Assembly: GCA_030390025.1 (NCBI GenBank)
Contig: JASTWF010000493.1
Location: 248,001-312,000 of the forward strand
DNA: 64,000 nucleotides
Source of the DNA: Squalus acanthias
Lineage: Eukaryota
Direction: 5' to 3'
How positions within the stretch are numbered: position 1 is the stretch's first letter; the number at the start of each line of letters is the position of its first letter. The notes under the pieces are model-generated. The model did no database searches. It saw only the letters and a program-made list of their open reading frames with translations, and was not told the origin of the DNA. Shown in pieces: positions 52,619-64,000 of this stretch. A program made the position numbers and the translations under genes.

Positions 52619-52759
52619 AATACAAACAGATCCAGGGGCTCAAGAGCTGATCTGTGAGGCTCTGGGGCGATTCTCAGCAACCTACTACCAGCTTCCCACA
52701 TAAGGAATCCATGCAAAAAAAGGCAACTGAAACAGGAAATTGTCCCTCCTGCCAACTTT

Positions 52760-53100
52760 CTCAATTCCTTTATAGCCTCGGCTCCAAAGATCAACCGGGT
52801 CTCGAATAAACTGAAATAGATCCTCTTTCAGCCTTTCTTAGGGAATGTAAAAATCACCAAAAAGGCGAGAACTCAAACACAAATTGTAAGCAAAGGAGCG
52901 AGGGCGGGTCTTTCTGGAGCCTTATATTACAGCAGAGATCACATGGCTCCAAACGTCACCACGGAATTAGAAAATCTTATCACATTCCTCCTTCAGAGTA
53001 TCGAACGGCGCAGTGCGATAAATAAGTAATGGACAGTGCGCTCAGCTCTCTCTCTATGAGTTCAGTGTTCTTTATATATATATATAGTCTTATTATCATA
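52760..53100 (-). promoter_or_regulatory. Putative foxd1 proximal promoter
   Basis: Minus-strand TATAAA at ~52769-52774 and TATATAAA at ~53071-53078; GC box gggcggg ~52902; CRE-like aacgtcac ~52952. Confidence 0.45.
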
Positions 53101-56100
53101 AGGTTTCTTTATCCAGGCCGTGCACTTTTAGCTTTTTATTAAAAAAAACCCAAAATAAACGCTGTGTAAAAGAGAGGTGGTTTAGAATATTTCTCCAAAT
53201 CCATGTGAGGAAATATAATTCATTGACTGTAAACTTTAACAGGATGTAATGATAAATGCAGGAATTGTTTCATCGATTTAACCCAAACCAGGAGTATTTT
53301 AATGAGTGGCCGGCGGCGAATTGCAGCGATGGAACCAAACGTTTAGGTTTCCTTTCTCGGCTGCAATTTGCTCAGAAAGAAACATTTTTCTTTTAACAAT
53401 AAAGTTTTAAGGTCCCCGGAGAAACTGTGGCGAATACAAACATTGCGCATTCCTAATTGCCGCCGTCACCTTTGAAGCTTGCCTGAAATGAAATGGATTT
53501 TGTAACTAGGTTGGAGGTCTATTAAAACCGACTGTCGCGCTTTTCATTTTTTTCTATGGAGTTTGTGCAATATATAAAGCAAAGAAACGTCCCAAGGGGG
53601 ATTTACCATAACACACTAGGTAACCGTTTCCTTTCCATACTTCAATTTTAATTAATTTTCTCACTTTGTGAATTTCCATAGCAAACTTTGTTGGAGCACG
53701 TTCAACATTTACATTTAACGTACAGATTCAGAAAGAGAGAGGCAATCAGAACTTTTTGCAACTATGCCTAACCTCGGTGGCAAATAACAGGAACTGTGCG
53801 GTGCAGGGCAGCGAAATTATCCGCAATAGTCATTTAGAGAGATATCGCAAACGGCCCGAGTACTGTGTCTAACGCCACAGAAATTCGTCTTACATAGTTT
53901 GCGACCCTTTACCCACGTTTAGTAATTTCACAAAAAAATGTCGATAAAAAGAAATACACCATCGTCTTCTACCAATAAGCAGGGGTTATTAACTAACGGG
54001 AGAATCGCAGAAAGTGAGTTATGAGCTAACATGAGAGCGGCTTTCGACCCTGTGCAAGTGTATTCTGTAAGGCAAATCGCTGTAATTGCTGCCAATAGCA
54101 TAATTCCTTGTCATGTATGTCGCCTTAAATCTTGTGAAGACCAACCTGTTGAAAATTGTTTCTGCTTTTAACTAGTTGGCCTTTACTTTTCTTCAACACG
54201 AATAAATGTAAACGGAATTGGTAAGGAAAATGGGCGATACATGTACGAAATCATTATGGGAATAACCTATACTGATTTTTATTTGTGCTACATAAACGAA
54301 ACACAAATGTCATATTTTTGACTAAAACAGCTCCTGTTACAATACAGTCTGTTGGATTGATTATAGTGTTGTTATCCAGGTGTAGACTTGTGCGATCTCG
54401 TTTATAAATGCAGTGCTACCTGACCTCGAGCACAAAGGGAGATCCAGGAAACACAGGTCAATGAAATAAGAGAGGCTGTTTCAAACAAGGGCATTGCTAA
54501 TTATAGCAGACAAATGAAGAAACATTTAAACTGTATGTTAATTGTGTGGAAAAAGTACTTGGTAGAAATAAATATATAAGCAGCTTTGCACAGTAGACAT
54601 TTTTATTAGTTTGTACTGAAAGATAAAGTTGTGTGAGAACGGACATGTTAAATGCAACAAAAAACTCCAAAGCTGTACAAAAACCAACAGAAATCTAAGT
54701 ATAAACTGGAAAAACGGTCACGGCGTAACATTAGGCGGAATGAGCTTCGCGGCATAAAAGGTCGGCATTAAAAGTACGAAATAAGAGACGTTGTCAGGAG
54801 AAAGTTGACAGATTTTCTTTCGAAAGAAAAAGAACCACAGCTCCCCATAACATCATCATTCATTATATGCTAGACTATAAGATTAATAGAAGCTGGTTCA
54901 TACAAAGTTAACATAAATATTGTTCTTTTCATGTTTCATTTGGCATTAAGCAAAAGGCTCAACACCAGAGAGAGAGAAAACAACTGTGAGGAAGTGCTTT
55001 TCAAAAAGTCGTATTTTAAAATATGGTATGTTAGCAGAGAATTGTTTGAGTGAGCTTCGGGTTGTGCTCTCTTACCTACTTCTCTGCGTTTTAGTACTTG
55101 ATTGATGTAAGATGTGAAGAATTGTTTTGTCATTTTGCGTTTGTTCTGGTAAAATCACGTTATTTATGGTTTTACCGGTGCTTGGTAAGTATTTTTCTTC
55201 ATGAGAAAGTACGTGAACCTCATTCACTGTTTGCCTGAACGAATGGAATCCACTACATTGTGCGCTGAACTGAAAAGAACGTATTCCTCTGTTTCTGCAA
55301 AATCAAAGAGAAACTCATCTTTGAATTCAGTCTTGTGTTAAGATTACATAATGGTTTGGAACGAATACAAGTATTTGAAAAGATTCTACATGACAGTGTC
55401 TAGTGGACTAATTCATATAATGTGATTTTTAAAGATCCAATCATTGAGCAATTTTAATTGCTATTTTTAAGTCTCAATGGTATTTCATTGGGAGTTCGAA
55501 ACTGCACGATTTGACGTATCGTTTTGATAAAACAAGTTAATACGGTCTATATTAAGATTTATCGAACGCCATGTGTTAATGTTTAGATCCTAATCTATTA
55601 GGAGAGTGCGATTTATTCTGTGTTATAATTTACCTAAATAAATTGAAATGTCTGATCCGAAAAGAAGTCTAATGTACTTTCCCATGAAACACATTTGCTG
55701 ACCTCTCGTGTTCAGTTCCACTGAAACTCCTACTGTCCAATGACCCAACGCATCCTGCTCGGGAGCGCCATCTATCACGGTCACAGCGCCATCAGTTCTG
55801 CTGTATGTTTTTCGTTTGTTAGTGTGTATACTGCATGTGCAATTGTTCGACCATTCCTTATTGACTTGCAGAAGGGACTTCGAAGATAGACAAGTTACTA
55901 AACGCACATATTGGACGAGGGAGCTATTTAGCAAATTTTTTACTATATTGTTGGGCCTGTACGGGCACCAACTTGATCATGTTAAGAGCCGCCATTGTTA
56001 ACGAAAGATGCCCATTCTGGTTAAAGCATCAAATGCATTGATCAGATTTCCGTGATGTTTACATGAGCATCGTGCAGACAAAAGTCGGGAATGAACATTC

Positions 56101-56640
56101 CTTCTTTTGTATAGCGGAAAAATATACAGTGTTCCTCTTGAAGAAACTATTTCGAGCTGCACACTATGTGATTAGTGCCACCCTTCATCATGTTATTGGG
56201 AATCCTTAGTCTCGAATTACAAGAATCTTCAATTTTTAAAAGAAGATTATTATGTATTCCGTTGATTCTAATTCGTTTTTATTTATCCCTCCCTGTCTGT
56301 CTCAATGTCCTTTTTCTGTTTCTGTCCTGTTTTTAATGCAACTGATTTATTTCAATATCCTTGAGGAAACGTTGATTATTTAAGATACCCTTTACTTTCT
56401 ATAGGTGATACAAACTAAAAAGTAAACCTTTAACAGTTTAAATGAGCCCCACTTTCTGTGTGCTATCACATATACACATCACTCTGGGACAAACTTCTGG
56501 CTAGACTTGTTTTAGTGCCTCTGTTATTCTTCAGTTCACTCCATATATCTTTTAAAATGCATATGTATTAATGACTAACTTTTAGCTAAATTGGAATTCA
56601 TCATACATGTGAGAGTGTGTATTCCTGCTAATGAAGGAGC

Positions 56641-57515
56641 TTGTCCGACATCCAGTACTGGATGAGCAGAAGTTTCCTCCAAATAAATATTGGGAAGACC
56701 GAAGCCATTGTCTCTGACCCCTGCCACAAACTCCGTTCCCAAGGCATCGATTCCAACTCCTTCCCTGGCCACAGTCTCAGGCTGAACCAGACTGTTCACA
56801 ACCTCGCTGTCCTATTTGACCCTAAGCTGGCCTTCCGACCCCATATCCTCGCCATCAACAAGACTGCATACTTCCACCTCCGTAATATCATCCGTCTCCG
56901 CTCCAACCTCAGCTCATCTGCTGCTGAAACCCTCATCCATGCATTTGTTACCTCCAGATTCAACTATTCCAATGCTTTCCTGGCTGGCCTCCCATCTTCC
57001 ACCCTCCTGTAAATTTGAGCTCATCCAAAACTCTGTTGCCTCTTAACATAACTCGCACCATGTCCCGTTTAGCCATTACCCCTGTGCTCGCTGACCTAAA
57101 TTGGGTCCTGATCCAGCAATGCTTCAAATTCAAAATTCTTATCCTTGTGTTCAAATCCCTCTATGACCTCGCCACTCCCTATCACTGAACCTCTTCCAGC
57201 CCCACAACTCTCGGAGATCTCTGCACTCCTCCAATTCTGGCCTCTTGTGCATCCCCAATTTTAATCATTCCACCACTGGTGGCCGTGCCTTCAGCTGCCT
57301 AGGCCCTAAGCTCTGGAATTCCCTCCCCAAACCTCTTGGCCTTTCCACTTCTATCTCCTCCTTTAAGATGCTCCTTAAAACCTGCCTCTTTGAGCAAGCT
57401 GTCTTAATATCGCCTGATGTGGCTCGGTGTCCAATTTTGTCTGGTGGTGCTCCTATGAAGCTCCTGGGACTGTTAAAAACACCATATAAACACAAGTTGT
57501 TGTTGTTCTTGTTGA
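56641..57515 (+). mobile_element. L2-clade LINE 3' fragment
   Basis: LSDIQYWMSRSFLQINIGKTEAIV...AYFHLRNIIRLR...LIHAFVTSRFNYSNAFLAGLP; GGRAFSCLGPKLWNSLP; (ttg)n tail. Confidence 0.9.
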
Positions 57516-57834
57516 TATCACCACCAGTAATTTCTAGGCATGAAAAGGTATAGTGGTATGGCAAGAAACAAATAATACATGATTCCACCATTATAATTGT
57601 TTTCTGCTTAATGAGGTATAGTGTCATCTATCGATTAGTATACATAATCAGAATATTTCATATACATAAAAAAATCTATTGTCAAAATGCTGGAAAATAC
57701 ACCAAGTACAGTATCAATATTTTTTGGGAGGTGTGGAAGGTTACAGTTCTGTATCCCTTAAAAAAATAAAACCCATGCAGGCTATATAGTACACCCATTT
57801 CTACAATTGCCACTAAACCACTGACTCAACACTG

Positions 57835-58070
57835 ATCACTGTAAAACATTCTGATATACCCCCCACCCCTCACTTAACATTGTCTGACATACCCCGTACT
57901 GTTCAAGATACACTTTGTGAAGCACATCGCTCTGTAAGAGTTTCTGACTCACCCCGCAGGACTTACTTTAACTCTCTCTGATATTACCCACAACCCTAAC
58001 TGTAACAGTCTCTGATATATCTCACACCGTTCATTGTAACATTTTCTGATTTATACCACACCCCTCAGCT
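57835..58070. repeat. Diverged ~32-bp minisatellite
   Basis: Recurring unit like ctgatataccccacaccctcactgtaacactct. Confidence 0.7.
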
Positions 58071-60490
58071 TAATTCCTACATTAAAATAGCACACAGGGG
58101 AATATCATACTTATATCAGCAAAAGTAATTTCCAGGCTCAAAAAGAATAATGGCATACTAAGAAACAAGGGCCAAGAAATAAGTATATTATTCTTGTAAT
58201 AATAGATTACCACAATGTATATGATTCACCAATACAACTGTTTTCTGTCCAGCTTTGTGGTGTATTTTCTCTCATAATAATTAGTATATACATCAGAAAA
58301 TATATTTACGTATATATAAAAAGTCAACTCCTAAAATGCTGGGAAATACACCAGATAAAGTATCAATAATCAAATTTTTCTTTGGGGTGGGGTGGGGAGA
58401 ATGGCCTTGAACTCCTCAAAAAATAATTGCTGTGCATGATGTATAGTGCACTCACCTTTACAGTTACCACTATACCATTGAGACCATCTGCAGGAGGTAG
58501 TTTTCACACAACAGATCTGGTATGGCTGCACAAAATAGAAACCAACTTGAAAAGAGTCCAGGTAGTCTACTGGATCACATTTGGGTTTTTAACAGTAAGA
58601 AAGAATGGCCTATCCCATCAGCTCTTTGCTGACAGAAGAAATGTCAACAGCAGTTGGAGGCCAGTGAGCAGGAGAGTATAATTCGATACTGTCTGCTCAT
58701 ATTGCTCCAAAATGCTATTGGTGTCAAATCTGCAGTATAACCGCACCATTTGTTTTGTTAGAATTATAGTCATATCATGTAACAGATGTTTGTCGATATG
58801 TTACAAGAGCAGTCCTTTTCATCAAACAGGAATCCGCAAACCTGTTGAATATTTATGAGTGAATGTTGAGGTTAGTAGAACTTTCCATGGAGGTCTGACA
58901 TTTTTATCAATTTGGTGAGGTTAGTTTGACTTAGTTTTGTGGAAATTCATCTATTTTTCTTCAGGTTTAATGTTCAAATGTAATGCATTGTGCTGAAAGC
59001 AAAAGAGGAAGACAATCAATGTAACAAAAGCAAATATGGAGATAATTCCTTCCCAACATGTAGTTCAGCAATAATAAATCTTCAATGTAACTCTAAAAGT
59101 GTATATAAACATCACTAGTTAAACTCTCAAGGCCAAGTGATTTATTAAGGGTTCATTTCTTGAGCACCCTTTTTCGTGAAACTCAAGAGTTATTACATGT
59201 CTTGAGCTAAAGAGTCAATTTATGGTGTTTTCTTTTCTAAGGAATTTGAATGGTCACTTAGTTTGGTAGATTACCTTCTTTGGAAGATTAGAAATGAGAA
59301 GAAATTATTCCTCCCTTGGAACTCAGTAAGCTGTTAACTCATTATGGAATAATTTATATAGCTGTTTTTCATAGCTGTTTTCCACCGATAGAAATACGAT
59401 GCATTTCGGACAAAATACTCAATATATTGAGATTGACAACAAGTTCCAGCTTTGCCTTCATGGGAATGTGTCCTGCCCTGAATTAAAATAATGTTTAGTT
59501 TCTTGATTGGAAATTAATTGTTACTTAGCAGCACATTAAGAAACAAAAGAGAAAAGCACCACCTACGTGTTCCTGGAAATATGACAGTGAGAAATGAAAA
59601 ATGTTAAAGTACAGCAAGTTCAGCCAACATAAATGGCTTGAGATATATTCCTGTGTACCGTGTAAGGTTGTATTTTCAAAACTGTGCTAACAATAGCAAT
59701 ATTGCTGAAAAGAAGAAACAGCAGTGAATGCAAAGAAGAAAAAAAGGTACATATTCCATCCTCCAAATGTGGGCATCTGTCTATTTAATGGTTTAAATTG
59801 ATTCAATGTATTAGTATTAATTGTACTTGTATTCATTAAATCTTGTATTTCTATTGATAAATTTGAATCTTTATTGTATTTTAATGGACATTTAAGAAGT
59901 GTTATTATTGTCCCCTAAGCATTTCTAAGTTTGCTCTGATTATCCAGCTAGATGGTTCAACATGCATTTTCATCCTTCTCGAACTCTTGCCAACTTTGAT
60001 TCTTCTGATGCATTTCTACAGAATTGATTATAATAAGATAAAAAAGCAAAATTTTTATAAAGTGTTTTCTGTTATAAGAACTCAGTGTGGCTTTTATATG
60101 ATTCAGAACAGGATAGTTTTCAATTAGAGAATGTAATATTTTAATTGCTATAAATACAGATAAGCTTAATCAGATCTCCCTGCTGAACATTATTCCTTAT
60201 TTCTTGGTTTGTCAACATGTTCTTGCACAAACAGTTTTATTTATAATATAGCAGAAGTAAGATCAATTAATGGGTCTTAAAATATAACACATGTTCATAT
60301 TCAAAGTAAGAAATTGAGAAAAAAGGGGATTCTTTAATAAGTAGATGATTGTGATCATGAAATCCAGAACATTATGGAGATCCTTATCAATTGATGAGAT
60401 AGTAGTTCAAATTCACAGCAAGATAATGGATTGAAGACCAAATTTCATGATGAATCAACTCAGAGGATCTCTGAAAAATAGATCAGAATG

Positions 60491-60627
60491 TAAAAATTAC
60501 TGTTGGTGATATCAGCAGATAAATTTGTATGGCACTGCTTTGTCGACTATTTTAATGGCAGTGTTAACCTATTTAAAATGAATTGGGTTAAGCATCCATC
60601 TACTGATATCATCAACAGTAAATTTTA
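60491..60627. mobile_element. AT-rich MITE-like inverted repeat
   Basis: taaaaattactgttggtgatatcagcagat vs reverse complement of atctactgatatcatcaacagtaaatttta, 27/30 match. Confidence 0.7.
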
Positions 60628-60836
60628 GTTTCATATCTTTTAGAAAATGAAATCTTTTTTGCTCTGGTGTGAACTGGTTATTTGGCAATGACTCACCTCC
60701 ATCATATTGGAAAATTTGCAACATGCTAGTTTTTCAAACACTTCTCTGATGCTCTTCAAGACCAACAAACCACCATGTGCTGAAGAAGCTTTATTAATTT
60801 TACTACATTTTGACATCAATGTATTATGAAGATAAC

Positions 60837-61527
60837 GGCCTGGATTTTCCGATCGGAGGCTTCCTGCGTGCGGATGCCTCCAATCTGGAAAAAATCTACA
60901 AGCTTACCTGCTAGCTCCGTAGGTCCCGATACTTCCGCTTCTGGGCCTCTCCTGGTGCGTGCGCGCAGAGGCCCAGGTATCCCGGGGCGCAGGCAGTTCG
61001 CGGGGGCAGGTCATGGGGAACCAATGGAAGAAGGGAATCCCCCTGCACAGGTCTCTGTCAAAAGTATGAATGGGGATCACTCAAAAAACACTAAAACATT
61101 AAATCATTTTTTTAAATTACGTATTTAAAATTAGTTAAAATTACATTAAATTAAATATTTTAAATAAAAATTTAATTTTTTGAAAAAAATACTTAAAAGT
61201 TTAGCTTATAAGCTAAAAATAAACTTACCTTTTTAAAAGTATTTTTAAATTATAAATGAGTGAAATTTTTTACATTTTTTAACTTTTTTAAACTGCTTTT
61301 ACCAGGCATAAGATTTTTAAAGGTTTTCAGCGGGCGGAGGTTCTGCAGAAAGCGGAACTCTCCACCCGCAGAGGCCCTTCTCCAGGGCAGGCGTGCGATC
61401 TGTCAAGAGGATTCTTGACAGATTGGAAGTGCCGGTTTTCAGCGCATGCGCTTCGCATGCCTGAAACCAGCACTTGCGAGACCCCTACGGGGGTGTACAC
61501 ACCCGTAGGCATCGGAAAATACGGGTC
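60837..61527. mobile_element. Harbinger-type MITE with AT-rich core
   Basis: TIRs ggcctggattttccgat / atcggaaaatacgggtc; flanks AAC/AAT. Confidence 0.78.
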
Positions 61528-61693
61528 AATATTTCTCAGTCTAAATATTTTTATGCTTTGCTTTGCAGATGGCAGGATTTTGACATCCTTTTTAACTTTG
61601 AAAAGGAAGATTGGGCAGGGTGTATAACAGGTGGCTGATCTGCTACCACCCATTTTGTGCCCCTGCAGAAATTGAATTTCACCCCCATAATCT

Positions 61694-61772
61694 AACCTGA
61701 AACGTTAACTCTGTTTCTCTCTCCACAGATGCCTGACCTGCTGAGTATTTCCAGCATTTTCTGTTTTTATTT
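61694..61772 (+). mobile_element. Penelope-like terminal repeat fragment (3' half of hammerhead)
   Basis: acctgaaacgttaactctgtttctctctccacagatg...agcattttctgtttttat matches 24899-24977. Confidence 0.75.
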
Positions 61773-61794
61773 TAAATCATACAGTATCTTAGTA

Positions 61795-62470
61795 CTAAAA
61801 ATTCATTTTGGCCTGTTTTTGGACGGAGAATGGTTGGTATGCTGGGAGTGCACACTAGAAGCTGGAGGCCCCGAATCTCGGCTGAAATTGGGCCTCAGGC
61901 CTCATCACCATATTTCCGTTGAGCTGTGGACACCATTTTGGCATCTAGAGGTAGCTCACCGGTGTGAAGAGGACCAATTTGGGCCAGCTGCCTCACTGGC
62001 AGCGGTCCTTGGGTAAGCCCCGAGAGGGAGGGGAGGAAATCAGGATGGAGGCTAGCATAGTCCACCAGCAGCCCACAATAGTGAATAGAGCGGGTGGGGC
62101 ACTCTTACTCCCTCCCCCCAGCTTCCTGACGACAAGTTTAATAGAAAATACTTACAGAGTCTACAGTGGTCCCCTTAAGGACTGCTGGCTAGGCCCTTGA
62201 AGAACTCATACACGTGGCACATGCTTTGCTCAGTCCTACTGAATTACCAGGAGAGGTCCTGAAACAGGTGTTAGACCCCTCATTAACAAATGCAAGAGGT
62301 TTAAGTGGCCGCCAGGGTGCCTGAATATTGCCCGACCCAATATGGTGTTGGACGTATTTCGGATGTATTTCAGACATCCTTAGGTTGCGGGAGACAGCAC
62401 CGGAAAATTGCTGCTTTGTGACCCCGTTCTGAGCCTGAAAAATGGGTTCAGCGTTGTCCAATTTCACCCC
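61795..62470. mobile_element. Non-autonomous DNA transposon remnant
   Basis: GC-rich; ends ccaatttcacccc; similar to 17030-17344. Confidence 0.5.
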
Positions 62471-63856
62471 ATTCATTTTTCAGGTGTCCTTAGCTATAAA
62501 TGGCTCCTGATCTTTAGGTAAACGAAGACTGCAGGCTCAACATTTAATTAGTGCAGGAGCAGCTTATTGTCTTACATTCATGACAAATAGAATATCACTT
62601 AAATAACATTTTGCTGGATTGAATTAAGTTTGATTGTATAGAGCTATGAGTAAATTGTATGATTTGAAACTGTGGTTATAAAACCACTAATTATTTGAAA
62701 GTATATGTAATTAAATCAACATGTGTAGCAGAGTACCTTTAAGCAAAGTAGAACGCTGTTTTACATAATGAATGAAGTTTCTACATTGAGGCTGTTGCAT
62801 AGAGGATGTGTAATCTGATTTTTTCCACTACTGGGGGGTATTTTTGACTTTGGGCAATAATGTAAAATAGGCAATATCAGATCAGCACTGGTAAGCTTCC
62901 CCACTGTTTGTCCAATTACGACCACTCTACTCATATGGATGGCAGAGTTATCTGCAGCCAAGTGGGATGAATCCCAACCCCAGTGCCTGTTCTTGCTCTC
63001 CAAGTCCTGTCAATCACAATCAATGCCCTGGAGTACTGTGGTCATTAGACAATTAATGAGCATGGGTTTCAGCCCTCATGAGATAAATAGCAGGTACCAG
63101 GAACTCTTCCTGAGTGACATCGTGAGCAGAACACCATGAAATGTGTGACTATAATCCATCAGGCAATGGTTCCATCAGGCAAGAACAGCAACTGCTTGCC
63201 TCTCTGGAACCCAACCGAGGCAAACACAAATTCATGGATTTATGATAGATATCCAGTTTCTTGCTCTTGTCACAGCCTTGGGGCTTCCTCATCAGCTACA
63301 GACAAACATCTCCCTTCAGCATGATGGAAGGATCTGCACAGGACATCTGAGATATATCAGCTATGCTAATGTTCTAGATGCCTGTCTTGAGTCATACACA
63401 GTCATAATACGACACTTGTATCTCACTGGTTAGCCTATTGTTCAAGTTGCTGAAGAAACACAGTAGATCACCAATAGAGTCTACCAGCAGCACAAAATCA
63501 TTGAAGTTAGATCACATGACCCATAAATGAAAACAAAATTAGAGGAATTCCTGAGCAAAAACTTTACCAAAATTATGAGATCAGAGAAAGAGATTTAACA
63601 ATGTATTGCACATAGAATACGTATTTTTCCTCTTCACTTTATTTGAAGATGGTGACTCCTGCTGGAGTATAATTATTTGGGCAGGGAATACTAAACAGTC
63701 ATTCTTCATGTGTGCAACTAGGCAATGAGAGTTAATAGGCTATTTGATCATGTGGGATATGCAGTCAAGTCCAATCCTGTTGTCAGCTGACAGTCACACA
63801 ATACACACTTTACAATACCATCAGGAGTGAGAATGCAGACTCATTTTCCTTTATTC

Positions 63857-64000
63857 TGAGAAGTCGCACAACACCAGGTTATAGTCCAACAGTTTTATTT
63901 GAAATCACAAGCTTTCGGAGCGGCTGCTCCTTCGTCAGGTGAAGTGAAGAAATACAAATTGGCACAGCATATATAGACAGAGAACAATGCCTGTGCAGAG
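63857..64000 (-). mobile_element. Penelope-like terminal repeat (second family), runs off the window
   Basis: Hammerhead motif followed on minus by AATAAA and the segment identical to the 39417-39500 palindrome arm. Confidence 0.75.
63905..63942 (-). ncRNA. Minimal type I hammerhead ribozyme motif, core intact
   Basis: Minus strand: UCAC-CUGACGA-A-GGAGC(AGCC)GCUCC-GAA-AGCU-U-GUGA; stem I UCAC/GUGA, stem II 5 bp, palindromic helix III AGCU. Confidence 0.75.

Noticed and set aside
51901-52620. Alternative-frame and antisense ORFs over foxd1
   Set aside because: Short shadow ORFs expected in GC-richer coding sequence.
57835-58070. CRISPR-like repeat array
   Set aside because: Eukaryotic context; the units are diverged tandem repeats without unique spacers or cas genes.

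Overview
Vertebrate genomic DNA, most likely a cartilaginous fish (shark), inferred from the repeat families. There is one intact host gene: the single-exon forkhead transcription factor FoxD1 on the minus strand (51629-52618). It lies in a ~16-19 kb repeat-poor, CpG-retaining, AT-rich domain containing several candidate enhancer blocks. The flanks are dense with decayed repeats: a full-length two-gene PIF/Harbinger transposon (694-4345) plus many Harbinger-type MITEs, CR1/L2 LINE fragments, DeuSINE (SacSINE1/AmnSINE-like) and another ancient tRNA-SINE family, and a Tx1-like LINE tail. The most unusual signal is a set of tiny Penelope-like retroelement relics from two families. They include minimal hammerhead-ribozyme motifs (63905-63942 with an intact core; 24878-24914), two head-to-head inverted micro-insertions with 14-bp target duplications, and a perfect 84-bp palindrome (39417-39500). 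Most other ORFs in the track are spurious or repeat-derived. Repeat boundaries are read by eye and are approximate unless TIRs or TSDs are quoted.
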